DNA of 63,501 bases, the filler included, from Octopus bimaculoides (lineage: Eukaryota), in assembly GCF_001194135.2 (NCBI RefSeq). It is 5 parts of 5 records of this genome, joined end to end, with 100 filler letters (N's around TTAATTAATTAA, not from the genome) between each part and the next. Parts side by side here need not be neighbours in the genome. Positions count along the whole stretch, not along the records: positions 1 to 6,865 come from NC_068999.1; positions 6,966 to 37,080 come from NC_068988.1; 3 more parts are not named here. One strand, 5' to 3'. Below the pieces are notes generated by a model. That model saw nothing but the letters and a program-made list of their open reading frames with translations. It ran no database searches and was not told where the DNA came from. Positions within the stretch are counted from its first letter, which is position 1; each line of letters starts with the position of its first letter. The position numbers and the translations under genes were made by a program. Shown piece by piece: positions 1 through 12,081 of this stretch.

Positions 1-210
1 GGGTTTGCAGCATATTAGGAGGTCAGAGTACTTGATTCCACGCAAAAAGTCCGACTTTTTTTTCTTAGTGAAAATCGTGCGATGAACGTATCAAAATTTT
101 CCGCAAAATCTCCCTGAAGGTTAGTTGAAGTCGGAAACAAAGGTAAGGGAAATAACTCCAAGGAGATCAATTAAGAATTTTGGGCAATAAATTGTGTGCG
201 TGTGAAAGTA

Positions 211-374
211 GGCGCAAGCGTTGCTGTGTGGTAAGAAGATTGCTTCCCAACCACATGGTTCGAGATTCAGTCCCACTCCGTGGCACCTAGGGCAGGTATC
301 TTCTACTATAGCCTCGGGCCGACTAAAGCCTTGTGAGTGCATTTGGCAGACGGGAGCTGAAAGATGCCCGTCGT
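211..374 (+). mobile_element. tRNA-derived SINE, family B (5' part)
   Basis: Degenerate pol III A/B-box-like head (ttgctgtgtgg ... gattcagtccc), then gtggcacctagggcaggtatcttctactatagcctcgggccgac. The same sequence recurs at 8512, 16371, 17962, 19915 and 34722. Confidence 0.9.
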
Positions 375-399
375 ACACACACACACACATATAGGCAGA

Positions 400-564
400 G
401 TAGTTGGTGGAGGTTCGTTTTTCATGGGTTCGCAAATGAGATTTGAGCCCAGCAAAAGAAAGGCATGGTCTGTCACAAATTGTGCACACAAAACGGTCGC
501 TGATATTCACCTTCTCGGTTGCAACATTCTTCTTTAAATCTTTCTTGAGTCTTACATGTGTCAT
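400..564 (-). mobile_element. RTE-type LINE ORF C-terminal fragment with a single C2H2-like motif
   Basis: Translates to FVCTICDRPCLSFAGLKSHLRTHEK, the CxxC-R-C-S-AGL-SH-R-H motif typical of RTE ORF ends. There is only one finger and no TGEKP linker; the rest of the listed ORF runs into a SINE. Confidence 0.6.
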
Positions 565-1539
565 CCTGGCCTCCTCATAAGCTTAGGTAATTTATTTTAA
601 TAGCATACTTTTCTGACAGTAAATATGTGTTTTTCTTACACAGATACACACACAGTGACTCGTTTGATGCGAGGGTGAGTGTGTTAATAATTTAAATAAC
701 TGCAGGTTTGTTGATGTTGTTGTTGTTGCTTAAATTCCAGCAATGGACCGCCCTTAGGCTCAACAAAACCTGTGTGTCACTTCCGCATAATCATTCCATA
801 ATATGTATTTATAGGGAGAAAAATATTGAAAAACGTCAATTCATGTTAGCGTGACAAAAAAGCGAGGAAGGTACCAGTTGGCCGTGGGATGTGCTAGAAA
901 CACCAGCTAAATCTCCCTTAAATCATACACCTTTTTGTCTGAAAATATTTTCATCTTTTTTTTTTCTACCGAAAAACCTTCTCCCAACGATTTCAAGTGC
1001 GTAGTGCCAAAAGAAATTTGCCAAAATCGATCTGATAGTGGGTGTAGGAGAGGATGTGTGAAAAAATGATAAATTTTCAAAATCATTTGAAAGGCCGTAG
1101 TGAAAAAAAAATGGAACCCCACCCCGTCAAAACGGAGAAAACCCAACTTATGTGGTGTCCTGATCCGCCTAGAATATATATANNNNNNNNNNNNNNNNNN
1201 NNNNNNNNNNNNNNNNNNNNNNNNNNNNNNNNNNNNNNNNNNNNNNNNNNNNNNNNNNNNNNNNNNNNNNNNNNNNNNNNNNNNNNNNNNNNNNNNNNNN
1301 NNNNNNNNNNNNNNNNNNNNNNNNNNNNNNNNNNNNNNNNNNNNNNNNNNNNNNNNNNNNNNNNNNNNNNNNNNNNNNTATAGAATATTAACTGGTTTTG
1401 ATGATGAATTTCATCTTATCAAATACTAGTAAAAATTTATAAAAATTTGAAGTGAAAACGGTTTATCTTCTGTTTAGGGGTCAAATACACGTCTGGAGGT
1501 TTTTCATTGAAATCTTCTTTAAATAAAGTAGTTGTATGC

Positions 1540-1855
1540 TGTCAACTTAATGTGACAGTCCCATGAAGGGAATAATACTACTGCTATTTAGCCCTAGGAA
1601 GCAGCACCGCTTCCTGTCGGCCTTGACACATTTCCTGTGTCCTTATGTTTACAAGGGGCTGACAAGCACCTCCACTTAGCTAAGCCTGCATCCAGACACA
1701 TGTTTCTGAGTCTTTGCTCGTTACGAGAGCTTGACAGGCATCTCCAACTAGCAGGCCATTGCTACTCCAGACTGATGACGAATTGTTGCTTGAAAATTGC
1801 AGTGACTAAAACAATGAAAGAATATCTGAGAATGTAATGTGCTAACAATAAACTT
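1540..1855 (+). repeat. Unclassified LTR/pseudo-LTR-like segment
   Basis: Higher-GC ~310-bp block ending near AATAAA (~1846). Contains CTGATGA-13 nt-GAAA at ~1772-1795. Confidence 0.25.
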
Positions 1856-4076
1856 ACGTTCTTGTATATTTTCTTAGTGACTCTTTCGCCATTACTTTGG
1901 CGATTACGACTAAGCTGTGCTTCACTGAGGAGTTCAGAATATAATGCAAACGTGTGCGGAGTTACCTATCTACTTACACGGAAATGACAATAAAATAAAA
2001 TAAAATAAAATTCTCCCTCGATAAAATCATCATTTTCTTACGGTACATACACTTACAGTTACTTTTGTAAGGCTTCATGTCTTAAATATGTTTTAAACTT
2101 AATTAGAAAGTAATGAATAGTCTGGTAATTCATAGTACGGTAACAGAAACCTCTCGCGAGAACAGAATAAAATGTAGAATCCTATCATGATTATTGTAAT
2201 TCAAGTAATAAACGTGATTTTAGTACCTGAACACAATTAACAATGTTAATAATAAAGCTAATTTTGTTCTTAATATTAAGTTTATTAACTTGATAAAGCT
2301 ATTAGAAGTCTTCTGACATGTTTCCTGTAGCGCTTCGTTTCGCGACTTTGTATTAAGAAAGAAAAATCGTTTCGCCACTATTGTTATTAACTCGATTCCA
2401 GTTTTTATATTAACATTGCAAATATGTTTTCCCTTCAGCATTTATCATCTCGATCGTCTTACTTCATTTGACTGTTTTGGTTTTTTTACCTTTTTTTTCC
2501 TCACAAATATGTATAGCTTCGAAGGGGAATTTCGTCGTGGACCTATCCAGTCATTTCGCGGCGCTAGTACAAAGGTAATATCAGCTTTGAGATTTGTTTA
2601 GCTTTAAAACTAAACGAAACATTTATATTATATCTTGAAACCGCAACTGTTTGCAAACCCATAAATATCCTGAGATTATTCATTTGGATTCTACCTTCTA
2701 ATGAATAATTTCATTTATTACAAGCAGCAAATAAATATTCTTTCTCCGTCCTAATTTTTTTCTCATTCATAAAAAANNNNNNNNNNNNNNNNNNNNNNNN
2801 NNNNNNNNNNNNNNNNNNNNNNNNNNNNNNNNNNNNNNNNNNNNNNNNNNNNNNNNNNNNNNNNNNNNNNNNNNNNNNNNNNNNNNNNNNNNNNNNNNNN
2901 NNNNNNNNNNNNNNNNNNNNNNNNNNNNNNNNNNNNNNNNNNNNNNNNNNNNNNNNNNNNNNNNNNNNNNNNNNNNNNATATATATATATATATATACAC
3001 ATACATACATACATGTGTGTGTGTGTTAGTTATCCATATACGTGAAAGAAAATACTTCTAAGAGTAGTCTGGTTGTTGTATAGCTGAACTGGAATCGCAG
3101 TGGCCAGATAATTTGTCAAAAGTTCTTTTAGACTAGGCGTCAACATGAACTTTTGAAAAATGTTGACATTCTCTATAGAACATATACCTTGGTAGTTTTT
3201 TTTTCTTTAAAGGTAGGATTATAGTAAGAGAATTATATAATGAATCGTCCTAAATACCTTCGTAATATCAATCAAGAAAAAGCAATTTATAATTTTTTAA
3301 ATTATAAACAAGAGTTCTATATAGCAGTATAATAATAATAATAACAATAATAATATAGAGATAATTCTAAACGATTTCTAACATAAAATATAGTATTATT
3401 CGGGGATATATCTTTGTTGAGTTCAACAATATTTGTAATATGTCTATTCAATGAATCTTATAGACCACCCACACTGCACTTTATTTCGACGGAACTTTCA
3501 TACATACACTCACAAAAGACGAAGTAAATTAAAACGAGGAATTCTCCTATGCATTCGGTGTCCCCTTAAAGTTTAAATATGTACACATTGTGAACTCTAT
3601 ATCTTAAATATGTTGATCATTCCAGTTATACATGATAGTTTATTAGTTTCTGGTTTTCTAGAATACTACACAAGACAGTTTTAAAACACTTCCGGTAAAA
3701 ATAAAATTATGCACTATTGCCTGCGTTAATAAAATAACAACATAGATTCGTTTTAAAATATTAATTATAAATTTCTTAAAAACTAGAAAAAATTAAACGC
3801 ATAGAATTGCATTAAAAAATAATTTGCATAACAGGTTTAAAATTTTCTAAAGCTGACTTTCATATCCGTATTTTATCCAAGAGATATGTATGTACTACAT
3901 AAATTCTTCCCTTCCTATATTGGACCTGATGCAGTGCTGTGGTACAAATTCGAAAAGGCTTCAAGACTCAATCTTGTTTATGAGAAGCCTATTCCGAGCA
4001 AGTAGAAAAGTTGGAGACTAAATGTATTGGCTAAATAGTGTTATCAAAACGAACTAATATATATATATATATATAC

Positions 4077-4298
4077 ACGAGGGTGGGAGCTGAAAATTTC
4101 CTGGTTTTAAAGGTGTCGCGAAAGGCCTGCTTGAAGCCCCTATTCTTCCGAGTTCTTTTACAGGGCTTAGAAAAACTGAAGGACCGCTGCAATAAGTGTG
4201 TGAATCTGAGAGGGGAACATGTTGAATAAAATCTTAATTAACTAATCCTCCTGTATTTTCTTTTATCCAAAGCCCGAAACTTTTCAACATATCCTCGA
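4077..4298 (+). mobile_element. Mariner-derived MITE
   Basis: Imperfect TIRs (cgagggtgggagctgaaaatttcctggtttt ... aaagcccgaaacttttcaacatatcctcg). Internally encodes a mariner C-terminus-like stretch, FLQGLEKLKDRCNKCVNLRGEHVE*. Confidence 0.75.
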
Positions 4299-5247
4299 TT
4301 ATGTGTAGTGTGTGTGTATAGGTGTGCGGACGAGGAGCAGAATGAGTAAGATTTGAAAAAAAAAAAATTTTTTTTTTTTTACAACTGTTTACTACCCTAC
4401 AAAAACTATATCAGCTAAGCAAATGACCTCTAAATACATTAAAAACACTACAACATATTCAGAACACTATTTCAGAAGATTTATCACTGTTCTCTTGGAG
4501 CATATAAAGGACAACTTTAGCTGGGACAAAATGAGTGAGGCAAGATAAGGTATATTTGCTTCTACAATTCCTCAGAATTACATTTGAAAACACTCATACA
4601 CATCAAGATTCATCCTTTGACATCAGAAATACTGCAAAAAATTTAAATATCCCAGTCAAATGAAAGAGGATCATGGAAAAATGGTGCATTATATGAAATT
4701 GACAAAACTTATCTAAATCTAAAAACTGAACATAAAATATTCTCCATAGCTTCTTCACAATCTGCTGAAATGGCTCTCTTCCAGCTATATTTATGCACCA
4801 TGTAGTTAAAGAGAAGAAATTATTGAAATTTATCACTCTCATTTTGCCCCAATTTAGACATCAAATTAGATGTAAGTGTGGGAAAAAATTGACTTGGAAT
4901 CCAACAGAGAAAAGAAGATTGCTTGTTAAACACCAAAAATTATCCAGATATTTTTTTTAGCAACCCCAATTACCATCAGGTAAAAGTTGAGGAAAAATTT
5001 CTAAAAGAAAAAAAGAGTACCTGTCACCAGACTATATTTCTAACTCTCAACTAACAGCAACAACTATGCTGACCAATTTTTATTCCCAAAGATAATGCGA
5101 CAGTACAAAATCATGAGTTAGTACTTGCAATGTGATGGTTTCAATCAGATAGGGAGCAAATAACAAAAAAATCAGAAATTACTCATTTTGCCCTCTACCC
5201 TACCCTACACACACACACACACACATATGTGTGTGTGTGTGTGTGTA

Positions 5248-5446
5248 CCCGCCTGTCTGGCCCTCGTGCCGGTGGCACGTAAAAGCACCCACTACACTCT
5301 TGGAGTGGTTGGCGTTAGGAAGGGCATCCAGCTGTAGAAACTCTGCCAAATCAGATTGGAGCCTGTTGTCGCCTCCTGGTCCACCAGTCCTCAGTCAAAT
5401 CGTCCAGCCCATGCTAGCATGGAAAGCGGACGTTAAACGATGATGA

Positions 5447-5450
<4 letters not shown>
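5248..5450 (+). mobile_element. Family D retroposon end (RTE 3' UTR-like, ends in (GAT)n)
   Basis: cgtgccggtggcacg ... gttggcgttaggaagggcatccagc ... catgctagcatggaaagcggacgttaaacgatgatgat. The same sequence directly follows the RTE ORF at 40510-40715. Confidence 0.8.

Positions 5451-5508
<58 letters not shown>
5449..5508. repeat. (TA)n microsatellite
   Basis: Direct reading. Confidence 0.97.
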
Positions 5509-5511
<3 letters not shown>

Positions 5512-5819
5512 AATACATTCTCATTCAGGGATATCAAAATCCTATGAAAGTACTTGTTAGTTACCTATACAAAGAATGTTGAACATTACAGTTAATACTC
5601 AAACGGTGGTTTATATATATTTATCTATTATAATTAGATAAGAAAATAGAGAGGTAATTAATAAATTATTATTTATTAACTAAAGAATGATTTATTAATT
5701 ACCTTTCTATTTTCTTTTCTTATTATATATATATGTTTGTGTGTATGTATATGTAAAGTTCCTAGCTTTGGGTAAAAGAAAATGCAGGAGGATCAGTTAA
5801 TTATGATTTTATTCTGCAC

Positions 5820-5972
5820 CCGTTACACCTTTGGAGTTGTTGGTATTAGGAAGGGCATCTAGCCATAGAAAACCATGCCAAATTAGACTGGAGTCTGGTG
5901 CATCGTTCCAGCTTACCAACCCTGGTCAAACTGTCAAACCCATTCCAGCATGGTCAATGATGATGATGATGA
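5820..5972 (+). mobile_element. Family D retroposon end, truncated
   Basis: Similar to 5248-5450; ends in gatgatgatgat. Confidence 0.75.
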
Positions 5973-6105
5973 TATTCCCCTCTCAGATTCGTACACTTAT
6001 TGCAGTGGTCTTTAAGCTCTGTAAAAGAACTTGAAAGGTTGGGCCTCCAACCAAACCTTTTGCGATACCCTGAAAGCCAGGAACTTTTCAGCATCTCCTC
6101 ATGTA
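5972..6105 (-). mobile_element. Truncated copy of the mariner MITE
   Basis: Diverged reverse complement of about 4077-4208; TIR aaagccaggaacttttcagcatctcctc. Confidence 0.75.
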
Positions 6106-6574
6106 TGTAACAAGGGGTACCCATAGAAAATCTACAGGTGATAAACATTTAGTTTACCATTTACTTGCACAAATTGTATTGCAAGGGATTAATTGAATAA
6201 AATGTATGCTCCTCTTTTCATTTAATATATTATACAATGTATAGATTAACAGTTTTAACATGCATACATCTCACTTTACTCAGTATCGAGCCAACTAAAT
6301 GACCTGTTGACCTTCCTACAAAATATAAATAATAGATGCTCTACTAAATGTCTTGTCTTTATTTCAAGGAATTTAGGCAGTAGCGAATGTAAGCTAATCA
6401 TCTTTATTGTACATAATGGGCATGAGTAAACTCACACACACACACACCTAATTGGTAGATGAAATATCAGGCAACCAGATGGTAAACAAGCATGACATGC
6501 AGTTCAGTTGTATCTTATTAAATATGTAACTGGATGCTTAATGCGTTGGGTTCATTTTTCTCACTAGCTTTGCA

Positions 6575-6865
6575 CTGTTTGTGACAAATATATCCTGTGC
6601 CCAGCGTCACCTTCCTGGCACTTGTGCCGGTGGCACGTGTAAAGACATTCGAGCAAGATCGTTGCCAGTGCCACTGGACTGGCTCCTGTGCAGGTGGCAC
6701 GTAAAATACACCATTTTGAGCATGGCCGTTGCCAGTACCGCCTGACTGGCCTTCGTGCCGGTGGCACATAAATGCACCCATTACACTCTCGGAGTGGTTG
6801 GCATTAGGAAGGGCATCCAGCTGTAGAAACTCTGCCAAATCAGATTGGAACCTGGTGTAGCCATC
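6575..6865 (+). mobile_element. Family D retroposon end with three internal ~65-70-bp modules
   Basis: gtgc(c/a)ggtggcac repeated at ~6624, ~6688 and ~6755, followed by the family D body; cut by the scaffold spacer. Confidence 0.75.
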
Positions 6866-6965
6866 NNNNNNNNNNNNNNNNNNNNNNNNNNNNNNNNNNN
6901 NNNNNNNNNTTAATTAATTAANNNNNNNNNNNNNNNNNNNNNNNNNNNNNNNNNNNNNNNNNNNN
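6866..6965. other. Artificial scaffold spacer (44 N + TTAATTAATTAA + 44 N)
   Basis: Exactly 100 bp; the 12-mer at 6910-6921 has stops in all six frames. Same structure at three other sites. Confidence 0.95.
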
Positions 6966-6987
6966 TATATATACACACACACTACAT

Positions 6988-7020
<33 letters not shown>

Positions 7021-7076
7021 CACTCATATACACTGTACATGCATGTGATGCTCCCTTTATAAATGTACATATATGT

Positions 7077-7440
7077 GGAGGCGCAATGGCCCAGTGGTTA
7101 GGGCAGCGGACTCGCGGTCGTAGGATCACAGTTTCGATTCCCAGATCGGGCGTTGTGAGTGCTTATTGAGCGAAAACACCTAAAGCACCACGAGGCTCCA
7201 GCAGGGTGGCGAACCCTTTCTGTACTCTTTCACCACAACTTTCTGTCACTCTTTCTTCCTACTTCTGTTTTATCGGTTTTTCAAAGGGGCTAGCTTTGTC
7301 ACACTGTGTCACGCTGAATATCCCTGAGAACTACGTTAAGGGTACACGTGTCTGTGGAGTGCTCAGCCACTTGCACGTTAACTTCACGAGCAGGCTGTTC
7401 CGTTGATCGGATCGACTGGAACCCTCGTTGTCGTAAGAGA
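7077..7440 (+). mobile_element. tRNA-derived SINE, family A (Arg-like head), full length
   Basis: A box tggcccagtgg, anticodon-like gactcgcggtc, B box gtttcgattcc; body matches 22244, 32409, 33081 and 42434. Possibly one of the described octopus OR-type SINEs (not verified). Confidence 0.9.
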
Positions 7441-8511
7441 CCGAGCTCCGCACCATACATATATACCCTTATACACATACACCCTCATACAAACACAAGT
7501 AGCGCAAACAAACCTCACATAAGGACTAGAAATGTGTTTGGTAGCCAACTGTATTCGACTCATTTCTACCTATTGGTTTCGATCTGTGGACACACACACA
7601 CGCACACGCATACATATATAAATACATATACACAGTTATATATACATGCAATTCATGATGTATGTGTGTGAATATATATATATATGTGTGTGTGTGTATA
7701 TATATATATACATACAAACAGATATACTTACATATACTTATAGAGACGCATAAACAATTGCGTAATTATAGCGTTGTTTAGATTCAATTATCTTATATAA
7801 TTATTAGCTTAAGGGCTGTAAACATATAAGAACATGTATATATAAATACATATATACACGCACATACATATGTATATACGTATACCCGCACTCACACATA
7901 CCTACATACATATATATATAAATATATATATANNNNNNNNNNNNNNNNNNNNNNNNNNNNNNNNNNNNNNNNNNNNNNNNNNNNNNNNNNNNNNNNNNNN
8001 NNNNNNNNNNNNNNNNNNNNNNNNNNNNNNNNNNNNNNNNNNNNNNNNNNNNNNNNNNNNNNNNNNNNNNNNNNNNNNNNNNNNNNNNNNNNNNNNNNNN
8101 NNNNNNNNNNNNNNNNNNNNNNNNNNNNNNNNNNNNNNNNNNNNNNNNNNNNNNNNNNNNNNNNNNNNNNNNNNNNNNNNNNNNNNNNNNNNNNNNNNNN
8201 NNNNNNNNNNNNNNNNNNNNNNNNNNNNNNNNNNNNNNNNNNNNNNNNNNNNNNNNNNNNNNNNNNNNNNNNNNNNNNNNNNNNNNNNNNNNNNNNNNNN
8301 NNNNNNNNNNNNNNNNNNNNNNNNNNNNNNNNNNNNNNNNNNNNNNNNNNNNNNNNNNNNNNNNNNNNNNNNNNNNNNNNNNNNNNNNNNNNNNNNNNNN
8401 NNNNNNNNNNNNNNNNNNNNNNNNNNNNNNNNNNNNNNNNNNNNNNNNNNNNNNNNNNNNNNNNNNNNNNNNNNNNNNNNNNNNNNNNTATATATATATA
8501 TATATATGTAT

Positions 8512-8660
8512 ACGACGGGCTTCTTTCAGTTTCCGTCTTCCAAATCCACTCATAATGCTTTGGTCAGCCTGAGGCTATAGTAGAAGACACTTACTCAAGG
8601 TGCTACGCAGTGGGACTGAACTCGGAGCCATGTGGTTGTGAAGAATGCTACTTACGACAC
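8512..8660 (-). mobile_element. SINE family B, 5' part
   Basis: Diverged reverse complement of 211-374. Confidence 0.85.

Positions 8661-8742
<82 letters not shown>
8661..8742. repeat. (GATA)n microsatellite
   Basis: Direct reading. Confidence 0.97.
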
Positions 8743-8744
<2 letters not shown>

Positions 8745-8792
8745 AAAAGAGAGATAGATTAGAGTCAGAAAATGAAATTCTTTATTCTTTAT

Positions 8793-8859
8793 TCACAACT
8801 GTTTCAAAGCATTCTTGTACCTCTTACATCCCAGGTGTAGAATGGACTTCCTCAGGTGA
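8793..8859 (-). ncRNA. Degenerate type I hammerhead ribozyme-like motif
   Basis: Minus strand: tcac-CTGAGGA-agtccattct..agaatgcttt-GAAA-ca-GTT-gtga, then AATAAA. Helix I has 4 bp; helix II has 6 bp but a mismatched base. Confidence 0.4.
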
Positions 8860-8954
8860 CCGTTTAATGAAGTTCCTCATTATATCCTCTCGCCATTTTA
8901 CTGAGATTAATAATGTATGCCACAACATTCTACAAGCTTTTATTACCCGATTGT

Positions 8955-9243
8955 CGCTTAACTTAGTGGTTAGGGTGTTGCGCTCGAGATTGGAGATCGT
9001 GGTTTCGATTCTCAGTCATGGCCTTGTGTTATGTTCTTGAGCAAAGCACTTCATTTCACGCTGCTCTGCGATCATTTCGTCATCTGACATGTGACATCCA
9101 GTTGCACCTATACAGGTAATATCGATTTGATGGAGTGAGCTTATGTCTACACAAACATTTGTTCGCTATAAACAAATCATCTGTGTGGCTGTTCGGTAAG
9201 AAATTGCCGAACCGTCGTATGTCGTCTAACGATAGGAGAGTCC
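8955..9243 (+). mobile_element. tRNA-derived SINE (another family)
   Basis: ttagtggttagg ... gtttcgattc head, then ttgtgttatgttcttgagcaaagcacttcatttcac (CORE-like). Head is similar to 35391. Confidence 0.7.
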
Positions 9244-9255
9244 CTCCTATTTATA

Positions 9256-9289
<34 letters not shown>

Positions 9290-9299
9290 NNNNNNNNNN

Positions 9300-9351
<52 letters not shown>

Positions 9352-9559
9352 CACACCAGCATACATATAAGCATACCTGTACATGCATTCAACCACTTAC
9401 ATGAAAACACATGAGCCTACACTACAAGCATACACACGTATACATATACATGGACTTACATTTATATATACATGCATTTATATACATTATATATACGCGT
9501 TAGACGGAGGCGATGGATGGGTGTTGCATAGAGACAATAGGCTACTGTTATACAGAAAC

Positions 9560-10390
9560 ATCAACACCTAATCCACGAAATAATTCCGAAGCAGACTTTA
9601 CCTCCTCGTTGAAAATCTAGAATTTTTAATAACATAAATTCATACTCTTAAAAAATAAATAATCTGAATGCCATACTCAACAGGGAGAATTCGTTCGACA
9701 TGCATACCATATACGAAACCCACTGAAATGTTTAGATATAGCAATGCACTGTTTAACCACCCGAAATCTCTTATTAAGTGCTTAATTCAGAATATCTTAC
9801 GGTGACTTTCAACATTATATTCTTATGAAAATATGTTCAATAGTGTTGAACAAAATTACACTGAAATACTTGCCAAAAGCAGCTTCAAAGTAAAAATAAA
9901 ATATATGAACGAAAGGTAACAAAAAAAAAAGAAATCAAATATTAAAGAGACACCAGAAGACGAAAATATTCTGGTTCAACCCACCATGCAATCTTGAAGT
10001 AGCTATTCAGAAATTAAATCTTTTCGATATCTTATACAAACATTTTTTACCTTCACCTAAATATCAGAAACTATTAAATAGAAAGAAGTATAAAATTCTC
10101 CAATCTCACCACTCACAATTTTAAACAAATGTTAGCTTGCATGAATCAACAAAAACTTTCTACATAATATAACTCCCAGACGACTTGTAGCTTTACCAAC
10201 ATTAGGAACATAACACTTCGTCCAAAAAATTTGCTCAGCAACTATCCATTCTCACCCTTCAAGCCTAATATATTTGTCTTACAGCCAACATATTTAAGGG
10301 CCGTTTTTATAAGCATACACATCGTTTGTGTAACCCAAGTAGCAGCAACAACATTTCTCTATTACAACACATCTGGTCAATTGTGCTCCA
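9560..10390 (+). mobile_element. Decayed Penelope-like element (RT thumb to GIY-YIG region)
   Basis: Broken-frame translations NHPKSLIK (~9755), TRRRKIFWFNPP (~9950-9985) and TANIFKGRFYKHT (~10282-10320) match the conserved NHP / R-I-WFNPP / FK-R--H motifs of Penelope ORFs. Confidence 0.7.
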
Positions 10391-10554
10391 CCGAATCACT
10401 TGAATTTTACTATCCACCGAGGGACTACGATTCAAAAGTTACATATCACTGACATATATAAAACCCATGCAATTCAGTGATAAATTTAAAAGTTAGCATG
10501 TATGTGTGTGTGTATGTAGGGAAATGTATATGTATTCGTTTGCATGATGGATAT

Positions 10555-10692
10555 ACATACATACATACATACATACATACATACATACATACATACATAC
10601 ATAAATACATACATACATACATACCAACATTCATTCATACATACATACATACATACATACATACATACATACATACATTTATACATACATAA
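10555..10692. repeat. (TACA)n microsatellite
   Basis: Direct reading. Confidence 0.95.
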
Positions 10693-11320
10693 AAAGGAAT
10701 ACTGGTGGAATGTACCAGTGAGGACCTCAATAAAATGTTAGCACAACAGACCCGATATAATGATTTGAGATAGAGAAGAGAAACTGTATACAGTTGTGGA
10801 AATTAGCTACCCAGCGGATGTTAACGTAAAGCTGAAGATCAGTATAAAAGAGAACACCTATGCTGAACCATTGAGAAATCTGCAGTTACTCCATCCAGAT
10901 TATAAGTTCAGGTTTATACCTGAAATTATCGGGGCCCTGGGATATGTAACACACTGCCTAAATACCAATCTTGAGAAATTAGGCTTCTCAAAACCAGAGA
11001 GGAGAAAGCTGATTCGAAGACTACAGATCCAATCCATCACAGGAACTGTAAAAATCTGTAAAACTTTTCAGAAGTTATCATTTAAATATATACGAGCATG
11101 TCTAGATATGCAAATATATGCATGAGAATACATACACAAAACATACAAATCTGCACATAAATACATACATAGATACATACATACATATACACATACATCT
11201 ATACATTCCAATAAAAATATCCTGTTGTTGATGTTGAAATTGCAATGAAGGAAGCTTGGATCTAGGTTAGAAACCTGTTCTTTCTGTGTTGGCAAGAAAT
11301 TTTGAAATAAACTGAATAAT
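10693..11320 (+). mobile_element. 5'-truncated non-LTR retrotransposon with restriction-like endonuclease (R4/Dong/NeSL-like)
   Basis: WWNVPVRTSIKC*HNRPDIMI*DREEKLYTVVEISYPADVNVKLKISIKENTYAEPL...IIGALG...GTVKICKTF fits the PD-D-E-K RLE domain. A putative 3' UTR runs to ~11320, followed by (ACAT)n. Confidence 0.85.
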
Positions 11321-12032
11321 GACATACATACATACATACATACATACATACATACATACATACACACATACATACATAGTTTCATGTTTTGTAATCCTTA
11401 AGATGTATTCCATTATGCCGAATTGGCAGGACCGTTACAGCGTTGAATGCCTCGAGATGTTTGCACAAACCGTTCCTATCCGAGATCAAATCCCGTTGAG
11501 CCCAAGTGTCGATTAAAACAACGAATCCTAGGTGACGAACTCAGCGACCATTCCATTGAAGAACTGTCGGTATCGCGGATTTGGTGTGAGATATGCATTC
11601 ATAACCAATTGCCATTCTCAAAGCGAAACATCTTGCTCAGGCGTGCACAGCGATGACAAGTTGGATGGTCAAAATTGACTAACATATATATATATATATA
11701 TGTGTATGTGTGTATCTGCGTGCGTATTTGGGTGTGTGTGAGCGTGCTGTGCATATGTGTGTGTGTGTGTGTGTGTGTATGTGTGTGTGCGTGTGTGTGT
11801 ATGTGTGTAATAGTGTTCGTGAATATGGGAGATTCTCTCCGGTGAAAAGTCTTTCAGATGCTTTTCATAAAGTGCATATCAAAGATGACGGAAATATTTG
11901 ACGTGAGCGAGAAACGTGCTCCAATACGGTGCAGAATCATTAGCTCCAGAAATATTAAAAAAACAATATAAACTCTACTATAGGATGCTCTTTTCTTCTG
12001 TTCCTGCATACATACACACACACGTATGTGCA

Positions 12033-12081
<49 letters not shown>

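Noticed and set aside
121-564. 147-aa ORF as a C2H2 zinc-finger gene
   Set aside because: Single finger of RTE C-terminal type; the remainder is read-through of a reverse-oriented SINE.
4480-5050. Possible Gypsy RT remnant
   Set aside because: Only a vague resemblance; no YxDD or other diagnostic motif could be read.
7077-7150. tRNA-Arg gene (also at the other family A heads)
   Set aside because: No proper acceptor stem, and it continues into a ~300-bp body repeated many times: a SINE head.
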